Shown here piece by piece: positions 45,587 through 54,093 of a DNA stretch of 64,000 bases. Position 1 is the stretch's first letter, and each line of letters starts with the position of its first letter. Under the pieces are notes generated by a model. That model was given only the letters and a program-made list of their open reading frames with translations, did not search any database and was not told where the DNA came from. The position numbers and the translations under genes were made by a program. This DNA is from Bacilli bacterium (GTDB taxonomy: Bacteria; Bacillota_I; Bacilli_A; RF39; UBA660): the NCBI GenBank assembly GCA_017515795.1, contig JAFWEE010000010.1, forward strand, positions 8,144 to 72,143, written 5' to 3'.

Positions 45587-47581
45587 ATGAAAAAGAAAGA
45601 GACAGTTATTGATTCAGATATAAAAGAAGTTAAAACTGAAAAAGTAAAAGCTGAAAAAGTTCAAAAAACTAAGACTAAAAAAGAGAAAAAGAAACTAGTT
45701 ATTAATAAAAAATTAGTTACTATAATAGCTGCTGGAATAATTGTAGTAATCGCTTTATTATTATTTTTATTTAGAACTAAAGTTGATACTATAACTAAAG
45801 TTAAAAAAGTAGCTGCTACTAAATATTACAATGTTGAATGTTTAACTTCTACATGTGATTATATAGTTGCTGAAAAAGGTAATAAACTAGGAAAGTCAAA
45901 AGTTTATGTATATGATGCAAAAGGAAATGAAGTAGTATCATTTAAAGATAAATATAATGCTAAAAAAGATTATGTTTTATCTGTTTATGATGTATCTAAG
46001 AATTTTGTATTATTTAAAAAACTAAATAAATTAACTAGTAAAACTGAAGGATATATTATTGCTAATACAAAGGGTAAGAATAAATATTCTACAGGTAATA
46101 CTTTATATAAGATTAATGAAAATTTAATATCAGAATTTGATCAAAAAGATAATAAATATCTTATATTAAATAAAAAAGGTAAAGTAATTTATGATGGCGT
46201 AACTGATATTAATAAATATAATAATGGTAAAATAATAGCGTTAAATCTTAAAGGTAATGATGTATTAATTAATGAAAATGGAGAAAATATTCTTGGCGGA
46301 TATGTTGTTGCTAAAGAGGTTACTTCTTCTGATGGTGATACATTATATTTAATACTTTCTGATTCTAAAGCAAATGCATATTATTACTATAATGTTGATT
46401 CAAATAAAATAATGGGTGAATCATTTAATGGATATGTTTCTTCTGATAAAGAAGGAGAATTAATTATTACTAAGAGAATTAATAACTCTGATGTTAAATA
46501 TAGTTTAAGTCCATCTGGTAAACAAACTAAAATATCAGATGAAACTTTAAATGAAAGAATTACATTCATTAAAGAAAAAGTTGGTAGTGACTATGCTTTA
46601 TATGTATCATCTGTTATTAAAGCTGATCAAAGATATGTATTTGTTAATAAGATTAAAGATTCATCATTTGGTGTATATGATGTAGATAGTGGTAAATATA
46701 CTAAATTATATAATTATTCATCAGATGAAAAATCTACTTCTATATATAATTTAGAGTCAAATGATAATGGTATCTATATGCAAGCAACTTGTGCTAAAGG
46801 ATATTGTGATAAAACTATATTATATGTATATAATTTAGCTACTAATAAAGAATTATTTAAATCAGATGATGAAAGTAAAATACCTCAAAAATATGCTGAG
46901 TATACTGGTGGTTATAAAGTAATTAGATATTCTACTTCATCTGAAAATGAAAACTATAAAGGTAAATATGTTTTATATGATGAAAAAGGAAAAGAGTTAG
47001 TTAATTCATCAAATATTGTAGTTCCTCTAGGAGAAGAAAATCTATTTGGTGAAGTATCATCTAGTAGAGCATTAATACTTTATTCTACAAAAGAAAAAAG
47101 AGTTTTAAATTCTGATAACTATCTTGGAAGTAAAATTAATGTAAGTGGTACTTATATTTATAAATTCTCAGATTCTGAAACTACATACCTATATAATATA
47201 AAAGGCAAAAAGATGGTATCTATTAAGACTTCTGATGCAAGACTTATATATTCTGATGAAACTATAGTATATATCTTAAATGGTAAGATTAATATTATTG
47301 ATCCTACTACAGGAAGAGTTAGAAAATATAGATTAAAATCTGAAGAAAGAATTAATGATATCTCTGGAGAAACAATTGCTCCTTATAGAAACTCTTTATA
47401 TATTAATAATCCTGCTAAAAAATATGTTAAAGTTGTTAATGTAAAAGGTAGAACTATTAAGAAAATAAAGAAAGCTGAAATTAAATCAGTTGTTAAAAAT
47501 GAAAAATCTAATAACGTTATTATAATTGTAAGAAATATTAAGAATAATAATAACTTATATGGATTATATATAGCAAAATAA
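45587..47581 (+). CDS. hypothetical membrane-anchored protein with repeated beta-strand (KWG-like) units
   Basis: 664 aa with a Lys-rich N-terminus and one TM helix. Recurring Y-x-Y-D/N-x-KGK-x-V/L units (VYVYDAKGNEV, YLILNKKGKVI, YVLYDEKGKEL, YLYNIKGKKM). Confidence 0.65.
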   Translation: MKKKETVIDSDIKEVKTEKVKAEKVQKTKTKKEKKKLVINKKLVTIIAAGIIVVIALLLFLFRTKVDTITKVKKVAATKYYNVECLTSTCDYIVAEKGNKLGKSKVYVYDAKGNEVVSFKDKYNAKKDYVLSVYDVSKNFVLFKKLNKLTSKTEGYIIANTKGKNKYSTGNTLYKINENLISEFDQKDNKYLILNKKGKVIYDGVTDINKYNNGKIIALNLKGNDVLINENGENILGGYVVAKEVTSSDGDTLYLILSDSKANAYYYYNVDSNKIMGESFNGYVSSDKEGELIITKRINNSDVKYSLSPSGKQTKISDETLNERITFIKEKVGSDYALYVSSVIKADQRYVFVNKIKDSSFGVYDVDSGKYTKLYNYSSDEKSTSIYNLESNDNGIYMQATCAKGYCDKTILYVYNLATNKELFKSDDESKIPQKYAEYTGGYKVIRYSTSSENENYKGKYVLYDEKGKELVNSSNIVVPLGEENLFGEVSSSRALILYSTKEKRVLNSDNYLGSKINVSGTYIYKFSDSETTYLYNIKGKKMVSIKTSDARLIYSDETIVYILNGKINIIDPTTGRVRKYRLKSEERINDISGETIAPYRNSLYINNPAKKYVKVVNVKGRTIKKIKKAEIKSVVKNEKSNNVIIIVRNIKNNNNLYGLYIAK

Positions 47582-47590
47582 TTGTTAATA

Positions 47591-47620
47591 AAATCTAGTT
47601 ATATAACTAGATTTTTATTT
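47591..47620 (+). terminator. rho-independent terminator
   Basis: Perfect palindrome AAATCTAGTTATATAACTAGATTT followed by TTATTTT. Confidence 0.55.
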
Positions 47621-47658
47621 TCAAATAAAGTATAATAATTTTTAGGATGGTGATAAAC

Positions 47659-48942
47659 ATGAGAAGTCTTTTACCTGCAGATACATATGTAGTAATTAAC
47701 AAAACAATTTTAAATGACTCTGATAGAAAAGTCTTAACTATGCTTTATCAACCAATAATAGGTAGTATTAGTACTAATTTATATAATACACTTTGTTTAA
47801 ATCTAGATAAAAATGAATTTATGAGTGATGAATTTACTCATCATTCTTTAATGGTAAATAATAAGATTTCTTTAGAAGACATTTTATCTGCTAGAGAAAA
47901 ATTAGAGGGTATAGGTTTACTTAAAACATTTGTAAAAGAAAAAGAAGATTCTAATTCATATGTATATGAATTATATTCACCATTAAGTGCTTCAGAATTC
48001 TTTGCTCATCCAATATTAAACATTGTTTTATATAATAATGTAGGAAAAAAAGAATATGAAAGATTAGTATTATATTTTAAAATTCCTAGAGTAAATCTAA
48101 ATGGATATGAAGATATAACTAAATCATTTAATGATGTATTCTCATCTGTTCCATCTTCATCATTTGTTAATAATATAGTAGATATAAAAGAAATCTCTAA
48201 AGTAGGTATATGTTTAAATTATAGTTTTGATTATGATATGCTTATTACTTCATTTCCTAAGGAAACTATTAATGAAAAAACATTTACTAAAGAGAATAAA
48301 GAACTTATAGAGAATTTATCTTATATATATAACTTAGATACTTTAGAAATAAAAGATCTAATAATTAATTCATTAAATGATAGATTAATGATTGATAAAG
48401 TAGAATTAAGAAAGAATGCTAGAAACTATTATCAATATCAAAACAATGGAAAATTACCAACTCTTATATATCAAAATCAACCTGAATATTTAAGAAGTCC
48501 TGTTGGTAAAGATAGTAAAAGAGCTAAAATGATATATACATTTGAAACTGTATCTCCATATAATTTCTTAAAAGGAAAATATAATGGAAGTAAACCAACA
48601 TCTAGAGATTTAAAATTAATAGTGGACTTAATGGTTGATGTAGGACTTAAACCAGGAGTAGTAAATGTACTTATTGATTATGCTTTAAGAGTAAATAATA
48701 ATAAATTAAATAAAAACTTTATAGAGACAATAGCAGGTCAATGGAAAAGACTAAATATTGAGACTGCTGAGGGCGCTATGAATAGGGCATCAAAAGAGAG
48801 TAAAAATAAAAAAGTTAAAGATACTATTTATAAAAAGAAAGATGTTACTCTTCCTGAATGGTTTGATAAAGAAAATACTAAAGAAGAAATATCAAAAGAA
48901 GAAGAAGATGAAGTTAAAAATCTATTAAAAGATTTTTCATAG
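47659..48942 (+). CDS. dnaB: replication initiation/membrane attachment protein (Bacillus DnaB-type helicase co-loader, DnaD-like domains)
   Basis: N-terminal LLPADTYVVINKTILNDSDRKVLTMLYQPIIG resembles Bacillus DnaB. Lies directly upstream of dnaI. The ATG at 47659 follows GGTGA. Confidence 0.75.
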   Translation: MRSLLPADTYVVINKTILNDSDRKVLTMLYQPIIGSISTNLYNTLCLNLDKNEFMSDEFTHHSLMVNNKISLEDILSAREKLEGIGLLKTFVKEKEDSNSYVYELYSPLSASEFFAHPILNIVLYNNVGKKEYERLVLYFKIPRVNLNGYEDITKSFNDVFSSVPSSSFVNNIVDIKEISKVGICLNYSFDYDMLITSFPKETINEKTFTKENKELIENLSYIYNLDTLEIKDLIINSLNDRLMIDKVELRKNARNYYQYQNNGKLPTLIYQNQPEYLRSPVGKDSKRAKMIYTFETVSPYNFLKGKYNGSKPTSRDLKLIVDLMVDVGLKPGVVNVLIDYALRVNNNKLNKNFIETIAGQWKRLNIETAEGAMNRASKESKNKKVKDTIYKKKDVTLPEWFDKENTKEEISKEEEDEVKNLLKDFS

Positions 48943-48951
48943 AGGTATAAA

Positions 48952-49857
48952 ATGAAAGATATTAATAAGATGAATATAAAAACTGGTAAAATTAATCTAG
49001 AAGCAGAGTATTTAAAAGCTAAAAAAGATCCTAATTTTATTAAAATAATAACTAGTTTAGATTTAGATGATAAAGAATTAATGAAATATACATCTAAATT
49101 AATGCAATGTGCTAAAGAACTAGATAATTATGGAGATAAAAGTGATAAATCATTTTCTAATAATGAAATACCTGGATTTATACTTACTCCTTATTTAGTA
49201 GATGGAGTACTTAATTTTAAATATGTAGCATGTAAAGAAAAAGAAGAAGAATTAGAAAATGCAGAATATATAAAAAATGGATATAGATTTGAAGTTTCTA
49301 AAGATATTAGAAATGCTAAAATGAAAGATATATATACTGATGATAAGAATAGAGTACCTCTTATTAAATGGGTTACTTCTTTTATAAAAGATTATAAATC
49401 AGGTAAAAAAGTTAAAGGTTTATATTTAAGTGGTAACTTTGGTTCTGGTAAATCATATATAGTATCTGCAATGCTAAATGAACTTGTTAAAGATGGTTAT
49501 AAGGCTGCTATGATATATTATCCTGAGTTCTTAAGAATACTTAAATCATCATTTAAAACAGACTTTGATGAAGAATATGATTATGCTAGAAAAGTAGATT
49601 TATTACTATTAGATGATATAGGAGCAGAAAATATTACTTCTTGGTCTAGAGATGAAATATTAGGTCCTATTCTTCAATATAGAATGGATAATAATTTACC
49701 TACATTTTTTACATCAAATTTAGATTTAAAAGAATTAGAAGTTCATTTATCAGAAAGTAAAAATGAAGTAGATAAATTAAAAGCTAAAAGAATAATAGAA
49801 AGAATTAAATATTTAACTGAAGACTTAACTTTAATAAGTGAAAACAAAAGAAAATAA
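48952..49857 (+). CDS. dnaI: primosomal helicase loader DnaI (AAA+)
   Basis: Walker A GNFGSGKSY and Walker B LLLLDDIGAE, plus an N-terminal DnaI-type domain. Confidence 0.85.
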   Translation: MKDINKMNIKTGKINLEAEYLKAKKDPNFIKIITSLDLDDKELMKYTSKLMQCAKELDNYGDKSDKSFSNNEIPGFILTPYLVDGVLNFKYVACKEKEEELENAEYIKNGYRFEVSKDIRNAKMKDIYTDDKNRVPLIKWVTSFIKDYKSGKKVKGLYLSGNFGSGKSYIVSAMLNELVKDGYKAAMIYYPEFLRILKSSFKTDFDEEYDYARKVDLLLLDDIGAENITSWSRDEILGPILQYRMDNNLPTFFTSNLDLKELEVHLSESKNEVDKLKAKRIIERIKYLTEDLTLISENKRK

Positions 49858-49883
49858 AGATATATATAATATATCTTTTTTTT
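49856..49883 (+). terminator. rho-independent terminator after dnaI
   Basis: AAAGATATAT-ATA-ATATATCTTT followed by a T-run. Confidence 0.5.
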
Positions 49884-49910
49884 GACATTTTTATTATCTT
49901 ATAGTATATT
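49882..49910 (+). promoter_or_regulatory. sigma-A type promoter of the two-paralog operon
   Basis: TTGACA (49882..49887), a 17-nt spacer, then TATATT (49905..49910). Confidence 0.5.
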
Positions 49911-49939
49911 ATTTTTAATTTTTATTAAGGGGGATATTT

Positions 49940-50992
49940 ATGAATCATTTAAAAAAGCTTCTTGATATATTAAAAAGAGAAAGAGTTAATGAAGCTATAT
50001 ATAAAAAATGTTCTGAATATGTTGATGAATTAGATGATGATGATTTATATGTTGGTAAATTACATTCATATGTTAAAGCATTAATAGTAGATGATTTCTT
50101 AAAATTATCTGAGAAAGGCCAAAAAGATACATTATCTCTTTTATCATGCGGTTTTATTGATTCAAAGTATGTATGTATTGCTATTAGAAATATAAATATG
50201 CTATTTGTTGATAGTGGTTCATTAATGTATCCTCCAAGAAGAAGTCTTTTAAGAGGATTAGAACAATATAAAGATGATCCAGTATTAGATGAAGATTTAA
50301 TATCTAATGATGAATTAATTAAGAAAATAATATGTAAGAGAAATCATATATATCCAATAGATGATATAGAAAAAGGTAAATATAGTTTAATACATAATTA
50401 TAGATTAGATGAAAGTGAAATTTCAGAGATTAAAAAGGTTACATATATAACAGATATTCTTATAAGAAGAGTTCATGAATTATATGATGAAGACCAAGGA
50501 GAATTTAATAAAACTGTATGTAATTATGATGCTATAGAAGATGAAGCAATAAGAAAACTAATACCTCATACATATAGAAAGAATCCTCCTGTACAAGTAT
50601 TATTAAGTAATGGTTCTATAGTAGATTATTACAAAGGGGATATTAAAATAAAACCTTATAGAATGATGGACTTTATTAACTTAGTAAAACTAGTATATGT
50701 CAAAAAAAGACATGAAAGTTCTCTAATGGAAGAATATGAACCAGAAATATTAGAAGAACGTAATAGTGAAATGGCATATCTAGAAGAAAGATTATGGTTA
50801 ACAGAAAAAGAAAAAGAAAGATTAGAAGAATTAAGAGAATTATATTTATTTAAAAGACAAATAAAAGATATAGTAGATGAAGTATCTGAAGAAATAGATG
50901 GATTAGATCAAGTATATTCTAAGAGGATGAAGGATATGTCTAAACAAAAAGTAGATATGATGGATAGTCTAGTTCTAAAGTATGATTTATAG
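49940..50992 (+). CDS. hypothetical protein, paralog A of an unknown family
   Basis: 350 aa with an AAGGGGGA RBS and no TM helix. Shares YVKALIVDDF/YLKAFLIDKF, NYRL-x-E-I-x-IK, CNYD-I-E-IR/K-L-PHT and G-IV-YYKGDI blocks with the next gene. Confidence 0.7.
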   Translation: MNHLKKLLDILKRERVNEAIYKKCSEYVDELDDDDLYVGKLHSYVKALIVDDFLKLSEKGQKDTLSLLSCGFIDSKYVCIAIRNINMLFVDSGSLMYPPRRSLLRGLEQYKDDPVLDEDLISNDELIKKIICKRNHIYPIDDIEKGKYSLIHNYRLDESEISEIKKVTYITDILIRRVHELYDEDQGEFNKTVCNYDAIEDEAIRKLIPHTYRKNPPVQVLLSNGSIVDYYKGDIKIKPYRMMDFINLVKLVYVKKRHESSLMEEYEPEILEERNSEMAYLEERLWLTEKEKERLEELRELYLFKRQIKDIVDEVSEEIDGLDQVYSKRMKDMSKQKVDMMDSLVLKYDL

Positions 50993-51001
50993 GAGTTATT
51001 T

Positions 51002-52021
51002 ATGAATAAATTAAGAGTATTTTATAATTTATTAAATAGTAGATTAATAACAGATAGTATGATTGAATATCATATAGAGCACTCTGATTCTTTAAAAGCA
51101 AAATGGAAAGATGAATCTGTATTTGTAAGATATCTAAAAGCTTTTTTAATAGATAAATTTAATACAGTGCCAGATGAAATAAAAGATCATCTTATAGAAG
51201 AATTACGTGATGGTATTGTTAATACCTATTTAGTAGAAACCTTTGTAGAAATTATAAGAGGAGAACAAGCTAATGTTAATGAATATATAGATGGTATAAC
51301 TCTTGGCGATTTTTCTGATTTATTAGTATATAAAGATGATGAAATATTTAAAAGATTATCTAGTAATAATGAATGGATTAGAGGTTTAACTAAAGAGAAT
51401 AACAATTTTATTTCTATAATAGAATTAGAAAATGGTAATTATTTTTTACCAGGTAATTATAGATTATCTAAAGATGAAATAAATACTATTAAGTGTTCTA
51501 AAATGTTAGCTCCTATAATAGGAATGGTTCATTCTAAATATGATGAAATGTGTTATGATGAAAATGGAGTATCAGAAGAAAGAACTATATGTAATTATGA
51601 TGTTATAAAAGAGGAAACTATTAAATCATTAGTACCTCATACTGATAAGAATAATCCTGATATAGAAATATTATTTAATGATGGAACTATAGTAAACTAT
51701 TATAAAGGTGATATACGTATACTTCCATTTAACTTTAAACAATTAGTAGAATATATTAAATTAATGTTTGTATATAATTATTATAATGGATCAAACAATC
51801 CGTTATTAGCATTCTATTTAGAAACAGAAGATGGAGTATCTTTAGATACTGATTTTGATGATATGAATCTAGAAGAAATAGAAATACTTTTAGGATACGC
51901 TATATCAATGGCTACAGATGTAGTTAGAAGTTTATCTCAAAGATATTCTGAAAGAATGATAGAACAATCAAAAGAAAAAGTTGCACATTTATTAAAATTA
52001 GCAAATAAATATAAATTATAA
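51002..52021 (+). CDS. hypothetical protein, paralog B of the same unknown family
   Basis: 339 aa with an AGGAG RBS, 9 nt after paralog A. Collinear similarity over the full length, including the C-terminal helical tail (SKRMKDMSKQKV / SERMIEQSKEKV). Confidence 0.7.
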   Translation: MNKLRVFYNLLNSRLITDSMIEYHIEHSDSLKAKWKDESVFVRYLKAFLIDKFNTVPDEIKDHLIEELRDGIVNTYLVETFVEIIRGEQANVNEYIDGITLGDFSDLLVYKDDEIFKRLSSNNEWIRGLTKENNNFISIIELENGNYFLPGNYRLSKDEINTIKCSKMLAPIIGMVHSKYDEMCYDENGVSEERTICNYDVIKEETIKSLVPHTDKNNPDIEILFNDGTIVNYYKGDIRILPFNFKQLVEYIKLMFVYNYYNGSNNPLLAFYLETEDGVSLDTDFDDMNLEEIEILLGYAISMATDVVRSLSQRYSERMIEQSKEKVAHLLKLANKYKL

Positions 52022-52026
52022 AACTA

Positions 52027-52055
52027 TTTACAAGTAAATATATTAGAGTTATAAT
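52027..52055 (+). promoter_or_regulatory. sigma-A type promoter of the thrS leader
   Basis: TTTACA (52027..52032), a 17-nt spacer, then TATAAT (52050..52055). Confidence 0.5.
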
Positions 52056-52061
52056 AATTTT

Positions 52062-52251
52062 GTAAATCGATGAAGAAAGACGAGATTTATATATTTGATT
52101 TATAGAGAGTTACCGGTTGGTGTAAGGTAATATGATATATATAAGTTACTACTTTCTAAGAGGATTAATAAATCCCGGCATAGCCGTTATATTAATTAAG
52201 TAAACAAAGGATGGTACCGCCTAAATAGGCTCCTTATACCATCCTTTTTTT
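52062..52251 (+). promoter_or_regulatory. T-box riboswitch leader (Thr specifier) with terminator/antiterminator
   Basis: AGAGA(G) bay and GGTTGGTGTAAGG distal-loop motif in stem I. ACU followed by A at 52148..52151 is the candidate specifier. T-box sequence AAAGGATGGTACCGCC. Terminator AAGGATGGTA (52207..52216) / TACCATCCTT (52237..52246) plus a T-run. Confidence 0.85.
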
Positions 52252-52270
52252 GTTTAAAAAGGAGGAAATT

Positions 52271-54031
52271 ATGATTAATATTAAAGAAGATGAACGTTTA
52301 AGTAAATTAAACCATTCATGTGCACATTTAATGGCACAAGCAGTAAAACATTTATATCCAAATGCTAAATTCTGGGTAGGACCTGTTATTGAAGATGGAT
52401 TCTATTATGATATTGATTTAGGAGATAAAGTTATTACTGATGAAGATATTGAAGCAATCTCTAAAGAAATGAAGAAATTAGCTAAAGATGGAAAAAGAAT
52501 CTATAGAGAAGAGATCTCTAAAGAAGAAGCATTAGAAAAGTTTAAAGATGATCCATACAAGATTGATCTTATTTCTAGAATGGATGAAGATAATACTGTA
52601 ATATCTTGTTATACACAAGGAGACTTTACTGATCTTTGTAGAGGACCTCATGTTGATTCAGTTAAAGAACTTAAGAACTTTAAACTTCTTAAATTTAGTG
52701 GTGCTTATTGGAAAGGTGATTCTAATAATAAAATGCTTCAAAGAATATATGGAGTTTGTTTTGATACTCCAGAAGCTTTAGAAGAACATTTAAAAGAATT
52801 AGAAGAAGCTAAAGAAAGAGATCATAGAAAAATAGGTAAAGATATGGAAATCTTTATGATGAGTGACTTAGTAGGTAGAGGACTTCCAATGTATTTACCA
52901 AATGGGTTTATTTTATGGAATGAACTAGAAAATTACATTAGAAACAAAGAAATTAGAAGAGGATATAAGCATGTTCAAACTCCACCACTTGGTAATGTAA
53001 ATCTATATAAAACTTCTGGTCACTTAGAACACTATAAAGATGCAATGTTTCCTATAATGCAAGTAGAAGATGAAGAATATGTTCTAAGACCAATGAACTG
53101 TCCTCATCATATGGTTATTTATGGAAATGATATACATTCTTATAGAGATTTACCACTTAGAATTGCTGAAATAGCAAGAGATTGTAGATATGAAACTTCT
53201 GGTTCATTAAAAGGTATTGAAAGAGTTAGAACATTCTGTCAAAATGATTCACATATATTCTGTACTCCAGATCAAATTGAATCTGAATTTAAAGATGTAG
53301 TTGATTTAATACTTGAAGTTTATAAAGAAATGAATATTACTGATTATAGATTTGAATTAGCTTTAAGAGACCCAGAAGATAAAGTCAAATTCCATCAAGA
53401 TGATGAAATGTGGGATAAAGCAGAAAATGCTTTAAGAAAGATACTTGATGATATTGGTGTACCATATGAAGAAAAAATAGGAGATGCTGCTTTCTATGGA
53501 CCAAAATTAGATGTTCAAGTTAAACCTGCTGTTGGTAATGAATTTAGTTTATCTACTTGTCAAATAGATTTTTGTTTACCAGCTAAATTTGATTTAACTT
53601 ATATTGATAAAGATGGTTCTAAGAAGACTCCAGTAGTTCTTCATAGAGCAGTATTTGGTTCAATTGATAGAACTATTGCATATTACTTAGAACAAACTAA
53701 AGGAATACTTCCTTTATGGCTTTCTCCAGTACAAGTAAATATAGTTCCTGTTAATATGGAATATCATGAAGTATATGCTAAAGAAGTATATAATGAATTA
53801 TTAAATAATGGTGTAAGATGTAAAGTTGATTTAAGAGATGAAAAGATGAATTATAAATTAAGAGAATCTTTTATTCATAAATATCCTATTACTTTAATCC
53901 TTGGAGATAAAGAAAAAGATAATGAAAATATCTCTTATAGAAGATATGGTTCTGAAGAGACAATTACTGCCTCAAAAGATGACTTTATAAAACTACTTTT
54001 AAATGAAATAAATAGCAAAAAAGTACTTTAA
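52271..54031 (+). CDS. thrS: threonine--tRNA ligase lacking the N-terminal TGS domain
   Basis: Begins directly with the editing-domain HSCAHLMAQAV motif. Class II motifs follow (RPMNCPHH, FCQNDSHIF, GPKLD...). The ATG at 52271 follows AGGAGG. Confidence 0.93.
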   Translation: MINIKEDERLSKLNHSCAHLMAQAVKHLYPNAKFWVGPVIEDGFYYDIDLGDKVITDEDIEAISKEMKKLAKDGKRIYREEISKEEALEKFKDDPYKIDLISRMDEDNTVISCYTQGDFTDLCRGPHVDSVKELKNFKLLKFSGAYWKGDSNNKMLQRIYGVCFDTPEALEEHLKELEEAKERDHRKIGKDMEIFMMSDLVGRGLPMYLPNGFILWNELENYIRNKEIRRGYKHVQTPPLGNVNLYKTSGHLEHYKDAMFPIMQVEDEEYVLRPMNCPHHMVIYGNDIHSYRDLPLRIAEIARDCRYETSGSLKGIERVRTFCQNDSHIFCTPDQIESEFKDVVDLILEVYKEMNITDYRFELALRDPEDKVKFHQDDEMWDKAENALRKILDDIGVPYEEKIGDAAFYGPKLDVQVKPAVGNEFSLSTCQIDFCLPAKFDLTYIDKDGSKKTPVVLHRAVFGSIDRTIAYYLEQTKGILPLWLSPVQVNIVPVNMEYHEVYAKEVYNELLNNGVRCKVDLRDEKMNYKLRESFIHKYPITLILGDKEKDNENISYRRYGSEETITASKDDFIKLLLNEINSKKVL

Positions 54032-54047
54032 AAAGTACTTTTTTTAT
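54017..54047 (+). terminator. rho-independent terminator after thrS
   Basis: Two copies of the self-complementary AAGTACTT separated by TAAAA, followed by TTTTT. Confidence 0.5.
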
Positions 54048-54093
54048 GTTATACTTTTATTATAGTGTAATAGTATAGGAAGGTAGGGTATTT

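Noticed and set aside
46387-46569. Antisense 60-aa ORF in the 664-aa gene
   Set aside because: Embedded antisense with no signals.
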